A stretch of DNA of 43,406 nucleotides, filler included, from Lenisia limosa (lineage: Eukaryota > Protista > Breviatea), in assembly GCA_001655205.1 (NCBI GenBank). It is 7 parts of 7 records of this genome, joined end to end, with 100 filler letters (N's around TTAATTAATTAA, not from the genome) between each part and the next. Parts side by side here need not be neighbours in the genome. Positions count along the whole stretch, not along the records: positions 1 to 17,726 come from LPNZ01008854.1; 6 more parts are not named here. One strand, written 5' to 3'. The notes below the pieces were generated by a model. It was not told the DNA's origin. It did no database searches and saw nothing but the letters and a program-made list of their open reading frames with translations. Position numbers and translations under genes: made by a program. Position 1 is the stretch's first letter. Every line of letters starts with the position of its first letter. Shown one piece after another: positions 1 through 10,955 of this stretch.

Positions 1-26
1 CATTCTCTAATATTTCTCTTTTTTAG

Positions 27-79
27 GAGATCCAACAAAAATGAGGGATGTCATCAGGGCTGCGGCAGCATCTGTCTAA
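27..79 (+). CDS. Probable terminal exon of an upstream gene (GDPTKMRDVIRAAAASV*)
   Basis: CTAAT at 7-11, pyrimidine tract and AG at 25-26, then an open frame to TAA at 77-79. Product unknown. Confidence 0.35.
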
Positions 80-264
80 CTCAGAGATCATTGTGGTAAT
101 AGTTTTTTAATCAGCTAAGTGTGAAAAAGTAATAACTGTGAGTTTTTCAAAAAAAAGAGGTTGCTCCGGCTGCATGGGCTGCCCGATTTCAATTTAGAGA
201 TCAGTGAAGGAAAATTTTTCCCTTGTTTAGCGTGTGAAAACACTGATATCCATCATAAAATATA

Positions 265-328
265 TTTGTGGGTGAGCAAACATCTTTTGTGGCTGAGCAA
301 CATAGAAAATTTTTGTGGCTGAGCAACC
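265..328. repeat. Three close copies of TTTGTGG(G/C)TGAGCAA
   Basis: Copies start near 265, 286 and 312. Confidence 0.65.
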
Positions 329-968
329 ACTGTCTTGTATTTTAGTTAACTGAATTTGTACTGCTCCTTGGTTGGCTTATTTCCTAATAACTACATGGCT
401 ATTTGTGGAAAGTACATTTTCTACAGTGATAAGGTGTATGAGGTAATACTGTTGATACCGATTCTAAAGTGGAACAATAAGCCGAATGGCTGCGTTTAGA
501 GAGTCTCTTCACTCCTAGTATTTTATTTGTTTTTATGTTTATTCGCTGTTTTGATGTACCTTAGTCTTCCAAGTCCTTAATCAAGTACAATTAAGTCAAT
601 AATAGAGAGAACCTAATATAGTCATCTCTCTCCTCTTCCGTTCTCGCTTACCTGCCATTTTAGTGAAACTGTGTCTAGTGACAGAGCGCTTCAGCTAAAA
701 TCTGCGAAATTAGATATTACCTATGGAAGGCTGACATGGGTTCAGGTATAAATTGTCTTGACAATACCTGAACGGATGCTTTGATTTCGGAAGAGGGACA
801 TCCCTTGAGCTTGTAGAAAATGGCTTCTACAAGGTGAAAATGAAGAAATAGAGACAGTTACAAGGTAGGTGCGCTTTTTTATTCCCTTCCCCTTTGGGGT
901 TCCCCCATTCATGATGGTGAGGTTCTCCCACAGCAAGTCGAACTGCGGACAGTAGCCAGGTTTACATG

Positions 969-1375
969 AGGGTGATATTGCCAGTAGCGAATTGCTTTTG
1001 CACACTGGACACTGTAAGTGAAATATACCTCCTCTCCGCACCCTTTGACCAGCCGGGACAATGACGACGTTGACAAAACTGGGGAAAAAGGGAATCTAGT
1101 GGATTAAGTTGACTATGCGGTGGGGCCTTTATGTATTTGGAATAAAGAGCCAATANNNNNNNNNNATGATAACAACCCCCTGGGGTTAAGGGTGATATTG
1201 CCAGTAGCGAATTGCTTTTGCACATTGGACACTGTAAGTGAAATATACCTCCTCTCCCCACCCTTTGACCAGCCGGGACAATGACGACGTTGACAAAACT
1301 GGGGAAAACGGGAACCTAGTGGATTAAGTTGACTATGCGGTGGGGCCTTTATGTATTTGGAATAAAGAGCCAATA
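969..1375. repeat. ~187-bp near-identical direct duplication across a 10-N gap
   Basis: 969-1155 vs 1189-1375 differ by a few substitutions. N run at 1156-1165. Confidence 0.85.
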
Positions 1376-1385
1376 ATCGATGGAA

Positions 1386-1737
1386 TAGCATTATACTCAA
1401 CAACTTGTTTTATGAACCAAAGCGAAGATCTGGACAAAAGACAAGATGGTCAGAGTACAAGAGGTGAATGACCTACCATGGCTTCATGGGTGAAAAAAAT
1501 CGTGACATTGAGGTGAACGTTGTAATCAATGGGGTTCCTGAGNNNNNNNNNNTGACTTTAAAAAGCCAAAAAAGAGATAGTAGCATTATACTCAACAACT
1601 TGTTTTTTGTACCATAGCGAAGATCTGGACAAAAGACAAGACGGTCAGAGTAAAAGAGATGAATGACCTACCACGGTTTCATGGGTGAAAAAAATCGTGA
1701 CATTGAGGTGAACGTTGTAATCAATGGGGTTCCTGAG
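1386..1737. repeat. ~157-bp near-identical direct duplication across a 10-N gap
   Basis: 1386-1542 vs 1581-1737. N run at 1543-1552. Confidence 0.85.
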
Positions 1738-1810
1738 GGGATTAAACGAAAGAAACTTCTATGAAGATTAATTGTGCAAAGGTAACAACTCTCTAAACAT
1801 TTTAGAAAGG

Positions 1811-1857
1811 ATTGCTTGACCACCCCCACTGCACATTGCTTGACCACCCCCACTGCA
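1811..1857. repeat. 24-bp tandem duplication
   Basis: ATTGCTTGACCACCCCCACTGCA(C) x2. Reads CSGGGQA twice on the minus strand. Confidence 0.85.
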
Positions 1858-2042
1858 AATTGTATCGGTGAATGCGTTTTTTATCAAGCTGGCAGTAATG
1901 ACTGACAAATACAAAAGCACAAGAAAGGAACAGATAGCAGATAGCAGTAACCTGCAAACAAGAGTCAACCTTTACAAGTATAAAACACTTCAACTTCAAC
2001 GGAAATGTAACAATGTAATTCTGCTAACCTGCTGAAAAAAGT

Positions 2043-2324
2043 TCATCTGAACGACACGGTCAGCCATCCCCCTTCAACTGCTTCTGTGAGCACGTTTCTC
2101 AATTCCTGGACACGGAGGGTGGAGAAGGCGACCTTCTTCTTGACCAAGGTGGTTCTCACCAAGCGAGCAGCGTTCTGTAGAGGCTTCTTGGTGTAGAACC
2201 TGGTATCGGGCAACATTCTGAAGTTATGTAGACGACAACACTTTCGTCGCGGATTCCCGTTGATCTGACAAAGGGGATCTTTTAGTAGCTCATACACTTC
2301 TGTAATTTTCTTATTTATCTCCAT
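2043..2324 (-). pseudogene. Unidentified ORF (MEINKKITEVYELLKDPLCQ...), likely the 5' part of a decayed spliced gene or element running toward ~742
   Basis: Protein-like open frame, followed by minus-strand fragments with GT..AG segments and stops. No family recognised. Confidence 0.3.
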
Positions 2325-2577
2325 AATGTTTAATTTGAAAGGATAAGGAAGAATTTGAAACTTGTTGGGAGTTAGAGGCACGCCGCCAACCAGATCCCAA
2401 CAACTTTTGCCATCCAGTGCCATCTCTCATCCCGCTCTTTCCTCTTAAATTGTTTCCTTTGGTGGGGGCATAATATTTCGCGAGTTAAAAGGTCTTATAT
2501 CTCTACCCAGGATCTTTTCGACCTTGGTTTAAAGTGGGTTTCAAGTTAAATGGGCTCTAAAACAGTTAATAACGCTA

Positions 2578-3095
2578 CTAGACGGTGTTTGGTGCTGTTT
2601 CCAGTAAATAAACCTCGCGTAAATTGGCTTACTGACCCCAAAACTGAGGAAATTGACCTTAGCCAAAATAAAGGGGTTTGGTCAACTTTTGCTTGTTTTT
2701 ACATTATTCTATTCCCCTCTTGTAATTAAATGTCTCTAAGACACTTTATAATGTTACTAGACGGTGTTTGGTGCTGTTTCCAGGAAATTTAGACCTTGTA
2801 GGGATGAGTAAATTGGCTTAGTGACCCCCAAACTGAGGATTTTTACCTTTGTCACAATCTTGAGCCCCTTGTTTGCCTTTGTATCAACAGTGCTCAAAAT
2901 TTAATATCTCTAAATCATTTGAAATGTTGTTGGACGGTGTTTGGTGCTGTTTCCAGGAACTTTGGTCCTCGTAGAGGCGAGTAAATCAAACTGAGGATGT
3001 TGACCTTAGCCAAAATCAAGGGGTTTGGTCAACTTTTGCTTCTTTTTTTGACATTAATCCGCGTATCAACAGTGCTCAAAATTTAATGTCTCTCA
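2578..3095. repeat. Three imperfect ~175-bp direct repeats with an identical 24-bp core
   Basis: GACGGTGTTTGGTGCTGTTTCCAG at 2581, 2760 and 2933 (spacing 179, 173). Confidence 0.85.
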
Positions 3096-3269
3096 GATGA
3101 GATAATAGACATAAGAACCCAATGACCGGTAATTTTCCAGCTAAGGCAAACCGAAGAACTTAGGGTTAATATGGATCTTTTTGAATAAAGTACCCCCCTA
3201 CTACGTAATAAGGAGGAATTGATACACTGACACGCGAGGTGTTTGTTCACCACCTTTTGCAGCGTGTTT

Positions 3270-4270
3270 TTGTATGTTCTCTTTTTTCTCTTCTGTGTGG
3301 TCAAAATGACTTTGTTATGATGTCATTGATGATTCTGTGCTCGAAACGGTCAATTTCCCCAAAAAAAGGGTGTTATCGAAGAGATATTTTTACGACTTTT
3401 TTTTGGCTTGTTCACGGTTATAATCATGTCCGGGGTGAAACACCAACCTATGCATATAATAGTAGTGTGAGGCTCCAAAGAAAATTGTCTTTGAATTTGT
3501 GATTTTTGACTTGTTTGCAGTTTTCAATGTACAGGTGTGACGGCTTGATAATAATCCTAAATGACTCTCTACACAGCCTTCTTTCCTGGGAATATAACAA
3601 CTAGTATATTAAATTGGAAGTATAACTATCCCTTGAAGTGAACTTTAGAAAGGTGTTTGAATAGAAACCACAAATCTAATAATTGCTTTGAAAAAAACTT
3701 TCATTCTGAGGAAACAGCTTAAATCCAGCTTTACAAAAAAGTTGCACTTTCATCACACTGACTGGACTATGGCAGAATTCATAATTAATTTGATCAATAA
3801 TGGCCCTCAAGGTGGAAAGCCTGAAAAATGAAGGAAGAAAAGTATCATCAAAAATGGAGTCAGTAATTGTGTAGTAATTATTTATATGTATTACGTACAT
3901 ATATCAATAATATCTTTCAAAAAGGACCCAAATGGGAAAGAAAATATGATTAAAAAATTGCAAGGAAATCATCATCTGATTCATTCATATTTCTCCTTCT
4001 TCTCTCCCCCCCCCCCNNNNNNNNNNNNNNNNNNNNNNNNNNNNNNNNNNNNNNNNNNNNNNNNNTTTACTTCAAAAATAAGTTTTGAGAAAAAAATATG
4101 ATTAAAAACAATATGGGTTCGTGTTTAAAACCGCGAACAAGCCAAAAATCGTGAAAAATCTTCAATAACAACACAATTTTTCGTGAATCGGCGGATCATC
4201 AATAACATCAAAGGAAAACAATTTTTGACAAAAAAGAAGACAAAAAAGAGAAGATAAAAAAGATATAAAA
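3270..4270. mobile_element. Degenerate ~150-bp inverted repeats bounding ~1 kb (old MITE-like element)
   Basis: ~3270-3425 matches the reverse complement of ~4120-4270, e.g. TTTTGGCTTGTTCACGGTT vs AACCGCGAACAAGCCAAAAA. Boundaries approximate. Confidence 0.45.
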
Positions 4271-5408
4271 ATGATCTTTTGATCAGAATCGAACCGGGCC
4301 GGGGTCACCCAGTTTCAGTTTCCTTTACGCCAAAATATTATTTGAAAACCCCCTCTTTCAGAATAATAGCATTTTGGGCCTAATAAAGTGTCCCACTACA
4401 GAAACGCAGTTTTTTAAGGAGTTCGAATCTGAAGTCCATTTTGGAGAAAATAAAGTGGATTATTTAGGGATACGTTTAGGAAGGAATTTTGAGTTATGGT
4501 CTGGTCTGTAATTCTCTTCACTATTCTGTTAAAATGTGATGAAGACTCCTCCAAACCTTCTCGAAATAAATTCAGTTCACCTTGAAAGGCTCTATTCCAT
4601 CCAGCAAAGGAGCAAAAAGAGGTAAAAGTACAAATTTTGATTTTTCAGTACCAAAAAAAGGAATGGAAAGACAGAGAATGTGATAGCATCCATCATCTTT
4701 TTGCCCATATTTTTTGAGAAATTTACGCTCATTTACGTCTTTTCCACACGAGCGATCTTACTATCAAGGTAGTATTGTGCATGCATGTTGATACCCCTGA
4801 TCATGTTATTGTATGTAACTCTTTTAAAATGTATGTTCAGGGCGAATTAGTGAAAATGTTAAAAGAAGGGTTAACAAGGAATCTATTATGTCCAATATTG
4901 AGGGAAAACCCCCAGTTTGTTTTGACAGTTTTAATCATGTTTGCGATTTTAACCATCTACTAGAATGTGTATGTATATATGCATATAAAAGAAATCCACA
5001 TGTGAATATGATGCTTTTGCCAGTTTAACAGAACATGATCTTCGACAATTTCAAGGGTTGTCCATTTTCTGGAAACTAGAGTTCATACTGTTCCAAAAGC
5101 TCTAGTTTATGCCGTCTTAAATTTTTTTTAAAAACATTGAAATATAAATTATACCTAGGTACCACTCGGTAAACTGGGTGACCTCAGTTCAATTCAATTG
5201 GGTATAGTATAATTTATTTTTGTTTGGTTCCATCTTTGTTGCTTGTTCTGTTTTTGGCTATTATGAGCTTTTAAAATACACTGCTCTCAAAAACTAGAAT
5301 TGAAGGATTTTGGATGCTGATTAGTGAAATGTTACAGGTTGTTGGAGCCTCTGTCGTTCTTTTTGACTCTATTAGGTTGCCTACTAACTTAGATGAGGAG
5401 TAGATTGT

Positions 5409-5874
5409 CTAACTTCGGGCACTATGAACTCTGCCTTCATTGCTCTCCAGGTAAGCTGCTGAGAAGCTCTCTAATATGTACATTAATTCTATGTGAAGCA
5501 AAATCGAGATGTTGTGAAAGCTGATCAACAAGCTGATGAAGAATGTTGATGCCTCTGACCTCTTTGATAACTCTATTAGGTTCCTTTCTGGCAAAAAATG
5601 ACTCGTTTTTGGATCTTATGAAGGAGCTCTTTTCCTCATCTTCTAAGGACTTCCCTTTGCAAGACGATTTTTGCAATTAATACCCCGGAAATTTTTCCAT
5701 GCTACGAATTACGCCCAGTGGAACATCCTTCCTATCCAGACAGTCACAATCAGCCGACGGTGTCACACACGATCTGGTAAACCCTGCCCTTTGGAACGAC
5801 TCATCCCCAACTGCTATTAACACGGAACCTTTCTCTGACCTCAAAGTCTCATTTGAATATTTGTTTTTGATCAT
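5409..5874 (-). pseudogene. Decayed retroelement-associated coding fragment
   Basis: FFARKEPNRVIKEVRGINILHQ is homologous to FLARKKPNRVIKKVRHINILHQ at ~8420-8490 (+), just upstream of the Gypsy integrase. In-frame stops present. Confidence 0.45.
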
Positions 5875-6249
5875 TCACGATGTAATGACATCAAAGTGTA
5901 AAACCACTAGTCAATATGCTCCGGGCCATCCACCATATACATATTCCTTCCTTATTCTTTATAGAGGGATGTAGTAAAAAATATTTTGCTTCGGGGGTAG
6001 AATCTAAATTGCGAATTATTTTGAAACAAGTTGTTTGAATCAATTGGAGTTCGAGTCCCGCCAACCTGATTCCAACACTTGATTGTTCATTTAGTTGTGA
6101 TGAACAACTTAAGACACATATCTGTTCAACAGAAAACAAGTCACTTGGCGCAAGAAAGAGTCGATTGTCATTTGCTATGAGAAATTAGAATAAGCGAAGC
6201 AATAGCCTTATAGAAATTGTAGTTTAATATATACTATCATATAGACATA

Positions 6250-7865
6250 CAGTCAACCGAGTAATGGTTCGGATAAAGCTTTTCTTTTGTTTTCAAGCCT
6301 ATATTTAAACCATTTTTATTTTAATAACAGCAAATTGTAGCTATTATACCTCGTTTTTAGATTTTATTACTGTCCTGGGGGTTCGGACAAAAAAAGAAAT
6401 GTATTTTTTATGGGCACAAAAAACACACGAAAAAAATCACTTTTTACTCATAATTACTAACTGCACTTTGAAAAATATTTCAAGAAATTGTTTTAAAAAT
6501 TACGAGTATTTTGTGAGAGTTTGAACTTTTTTTAAGTCTTTTTAAAAGTTCTCTATGAATAGTGATAGGAATCTGTTAATAAAAGGGAGAGTTTTACAGC
6601 TACACCATGACGGACTGTCGAACATTGATATTCATCGTACCCTCAAGCGCTCTGGCACCATTCTATCTGTGTCAACGTTGTGGGATTGGTGCCAGAAGAT
6701 AAAAAACGGTCAAAGTATCGTCAATAACAAGAGTCCTAGCCGCCCTCGAAGCACAAGCAAGGAACAAGACGCCATCATTGTCAAACAGGTCCTTACGCAG
6801 CCCCTTACCTCCATCAAGCGCCACCGAGACATTCTCCAGAAGAAAAGGGGACTGGATGTGAGTGTTGATGTCATCTTAAAACGTCTCTCTGAACAAGGTT
6901 ACTCACTCTATAAAGCCCGCTGTAATCCTTTGATTAATGCCAAGAACCGTCAGCATCGCCTTGAATGGTGTCGCGCTCGTAGACATTGGACTGTTGCTGA
7001 TTGGTACAAGATTTGTTGGACCGATGAGTCAAAATTTGAGCTGTTTCGTGCAAACAAGGCTAGGTTTGTTGTTAAAGAATGGTAGAGGCGAGGCCTTGAA
7101 GATGAAACATATTGTTCCTACATTCAAGCATGGAGGAGGCAATGTTATGTTATGGTATGGGGTGCCATTGGTCCTCAAGGAGTTGGAGACTTGTATAAAA
7201 TGGATGGAAGGTTCAAAGCTGTTGACTACCGTCGGAAAATTTTGACCCGATTTGCCCGCAACTCTCTTGTTCTATGTACTGGCCTGCAATTGATCAGGCT
7301 GTTTTTCAACAGGATAATGCCCCTATCCATACCGCTAAAGTAAGAAAATGCCTTAATTTACATTTTAGTTGATTAAAGACTACTTTGATAATGCTGATTA
7401 TTCTGTTTTGGAGTGGCCGTCACAGTCTCCCGACCTAAACCCAATTGAATACTGCTGGGGACTACTTGATCGTAAATTGGAAGAGAAAAAGGCTCGGCCA
7501 TCGTCTGAATCTGCAATGATGGTGTGCTTAAGAGCTGGTTGGGCTGCTATTACTAAAAAAGAGCTTTGTTTATTGATTGACTCCATGCCCCGACGTGTTC
7601 AGGCTGTTATCGATGCCAAAGGCGGTCCAACCAAGTATTAATTGATCAATATATTCATTTTTCTTGAGCAAAAAGTGATTTTTTTTCGTGTGTTTTTTGT
7701 GCCCATGAAAAATACAAGTCTTTTTTTGCCCGAACCCCCAGGAAAGTATTGAAATCTAAAAACGAGGTATAATAGCTACAATTTACCGTTTTAAAAATTA
7801 AAAATGGTTTGAATAGGCTTGAAAACAAAAGAAAAACTTTATCCGAACCATTACTCGGTTGACTG
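6250..7865 (+). mobile_element. Tc1/mariner (DD34E) DNA transposon, full-length, non-autonomous
   Basis: TIRs ~6250-6450 and ~7665-7865 begin CAGTCAACCGAGTAATGGTTCGGATAAA. TA at 6248-6249 and 7866-7867. Internal transposase. Confidence 0.95.
6555..7641 (+). pseudogene. Tc1-family transposase, frameshifted, with a 29-nt intron (7340-7368)
   Basis: HTH region, WTDESKF, KHGGGNVM-VWGAI, QQDNAPIH and WPSQSPDLNPIE. Frameshifts near 7075, 7145-7154 (GTTAT duplication) and ~7290. Splicing gives 34 residues between the second D and E. Confidence 0.92.
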
Positions 7866-8524
7866 TATAATACACATCATAGATGTAGTATAGATAAATA
7901 TGTAGTGTATACTATGTATAATATGTGATCCGCATACAAGCCAAAAATCTTCAAAAAAAAAAAAAAAAAAAAAAAAANNNNNNNNNNNNNNNNNNNGACA
8001 AGGAGAAATATGATAGAATCATGAGTGAATATTATAAAATATGATGCAATTCACAGGGAAATATGATGATTTCCTTGTAACTGTATCATATTTTCTTTCC
8101 CATTTGGGTCACATTTGAAAAATCTATCTAAAGCACCAACAAAAGGAAAGGAGAGTAGTTGGTTTTGGGGAATGGGAATAATAATAATAATAAAAATCAT
8201 CAGAGAGCCTCAAAATGCGCAGCAAGAGAGGCAGAGGACCGAAAGATGAAGATCGGTTCAGGGATCAGAACAATGAATGAAGCAGCGAGGCGCAAAACAG
8301 CTTGAATGAATCCGTAAAGTTCTTCAAATGCTCTAAATGATCATAACACAGGCAAGGGAGTAACTAGAAGAAGAGGAAAGGAGATTATTCAGACGATCAG
8401 GAATTTAGGAGAACAGCAAGTCATTTTTGGCCAGAAAGAAACCAAATAGAGTTATAAAGAAGGTCAGACACATCAACATACTTCATCAGGTTGGATCGAA
8501 GACAACACTGTGTAGCTAAGACGA

Positions 8525-9780
8525 TTGCAGCTGCAGGACGACAAGTGTCAAGCTATAAGGGCGATTCTGGCAGACAAGAAACCTGGAAGGCAGCGATTGA
8601 TGGAGAAGACCAAGACCTGCACGTTTCAGCTGGTGGATGACCTAATGGGCAGTGGAGAGCATTGCCTATTATCCCAAAGACACTGCAGGAAACTGTGCTA
8701 CGGAACTGCTATGACAGACCCTTAGGTGGAGGGCATTTGGGCTTCGATAAAACGATGCGAAGATTCAAGTCCGCTTCTTTTGGGACGGCATATAAGCGGA
8801 CACGATACATTGGTGCAACTCCTGTGAGGGTGTGCATTAAGGAAAGGTAGAAGCAACCGTAAAGTAGCTCTTATGAGACCTCTCACGGCCGATTACCCAT
8901 TTGAGACAATGTCCATGGATTTAATGGGCCCCATTCCTAGTGCAAAAGCCTTCGCCCACCTTGGATAGACATCCATTCCAGGATGTATTTGTTTTTTTCT
9001 TGAGGTCTTCAAAACATGGAAGCGCCTACTGTCGCCCTGGTGTTGGTTAGAGAAGTTTTCAGCCGGTTCCTCTTGCCTGAAACTATGATTCCGGATAACG
9101 GTGCTAACTTGGTTGGCAAAGTTATGACGTCTGTGATGACGATGTTGGGAGTAAAAAGAAAGACTACGTCACCCTATCATGCCCAAGCCAATGGTTTAGT
9201 GGAGCGCGCCAATGCCATTATCCAAGACATTTTGGCAATCTACAATTTTGATGAAGTTGACTGTGATCTGCATCTTCCGTTGTGTCTAGCTGCTATTCGT
9301 ACATCTACTAATGTTGTCACCGGCACTTCTCCTTTTTGGACTTTTGTTCGGCTTAACACCCAGGCTTCCAGTTGACCTGGTTGTAGGGAGTCTGCAGGAG
9401 AAATGGCCGACGACATTGCAAGAAGATGGAAGGACGCAAGGAAGCTACGTGATAGTTTTGCAGAAGAGCAAGGAAAAAGAAAAGAATCTTTCGATAAGGC
9501 GGTAGGAAGGGTGGTTCTGTACGAGCCTGGAGAGATAGTCCGCTATCACAAGCCTGCAATTAAGCCTGGAGAGAGGAAGAAGCTGATAGATAAGTGGCCA
9601 ACGCCGCAAGTGGTGGTGAGGAGATCTGCACCAGAAACATATGTGCTTTGACCTCTGTTCGGAAGCAAGACTCACAAGGAGAAGGTCAACGTCAAGTTTC
9701 TGAAGAAGAGAGAGCTGAGAGACGGCCGGTTCAAGACCGGGGGTTTCTTCGAAGGAACGGTGGTTGAAGACTTCAACCAC
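8525..9780 (+). mobile_element. Ty3/Gypsy integrase remnant
   Basis: GHLGFDKT...WCNSCE zinc-binding region, SMDLMGP, PDNGANL, SPYHAQANGLVER core, and a GPY/F-like KKLIDKWPTP. Multiple frameshifts and stops. Confidence 0.88.
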
Positions 9781-9879
9781 CGAAGCTTGTTAGAAGGCCA
9801 ATTGGGAAAAGAACACCCAGCTATGGCTGAGGAGGAGGAGGAATTTCCGGTAGTGGATTCCGACATACATACCCGTGCG

Positions 9880-10750
9880 AACATTGACCTCCCCATGACA
9901 GCGTGACAGTGAGTCTGCCGGACCATTCTCGGTCCCTTTTCGAAATACTTCATACTGTATCCTTGCAGTTCCACTGCCCACCGCATCAATCTGGCCGAAG
10001 CTAGCAACTTCTTGCCGTCCTGCAATGCAAGTAATGCTTTGTAGTCCGTCTCCACCAGAAATTGGTCATTTCCGAAATAGTGTCGCAATTTTCTTACTCA
10101 ACCAACCGAAATGGAGGTCTTGAGAGGCACATGGCAGGCGGCCGGAAGTGTGACAGTGTTGACGTGGCCTTTCTTTATGCCAACCGTGCTCCGAACACAA
10201 CTTTGAGTCGGGAATGTGAATGCCTTAGCGTCAGTAATAAGTCGGCCAATATGCAATAAATTTCATATCTCCGACATACATACGTTACCTTCGTTGGTCT
10301 TGACTACGGAGGTGAAGACGGCATGGGTGTAAAATCGAACATAGCCTTTCGTAAAGTATGATGGTTAACTTTCAAACACTTCAGAGGAGGGGGATAATAA
10401 AGTACCAATTTAAGTAAACCCTTCTTGGAGTTCAGCCCCTAAATGGAGGCCGTGGAGGAAGCAGAGAAGCTCGTCAATGCTGATGTCCTTGCCTGTAGAG
10501 AAAAAGATGTGTTGCCAACCCCGCTCTAAAGGATCTCTTTGTCGATTAAATGAGAGAAGAACAAGTTTGAATGCAAGTTGAAGAAGATCAGTTTTCGACG
10601 AAAACTTCTTGAGGTTGGTTAACTAGCGTTCCTTCTTTTAACTCAAATAGGTTGCTTACATCGACAAAGATGACTTTAAGCGTCTGATTTCAAGAACTGT
10701 TCGTGATCCTTAGCGACACTCTCTAACGTTGCAGGGTTTTTTTGCTATCA
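9880..10750 (-). mobile_element. Ty3/Gypsy RNase H remnant (possibly with the RT tail), opposite orientation
   Basis: HYFGNDQFLVETDYKAL, LMRWAVELQGY and RKGTENGPADSLSR at ~9900-10090. The extension to 10750 is only weakly RT-like. Confidence 0.75.
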
Positions 10751-10955
10751 TTAGGCTTAATTGAGCAATAAAGTTTACAAATAAATCAGCTGATCCCAAG
10801 ATTTTGCTGCTAAATTTATGCCTCCTTATGCTTAACGGGACTTTGCTTGGGTTCAAAGTGAGACTATTTCAAATGAAATCAATCAAATTCAAAAAATCCT
10901 TTTTCAAATATGAAATTAATTTCCCCATCTTAGCATCAAGAACCAATTCCTACCT

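Noticed and set aside
969-1737. Tandem gene duplications
   Set aside because: Each pair straddles a 10-N gap. Unmerged overlapping contigs from two haplotypes or repeat copies is the simpler explanation.
1386-1790. Alternative genetic code (TGA read-through) suggested by in-frame TGA in plus-strand frames
   Set aside because: Host genes reconstruct cleanly with the standard code and end in TAA, TAG or TGA. This region is better explained as decayed or minus-strand.
2581-2956. CRISPR-like array (24-bp identical repeats)
   Set aside because: Intervening sequences are ~150 bp and similar to each other, there are no cas genes, and the context is eukaryotic.
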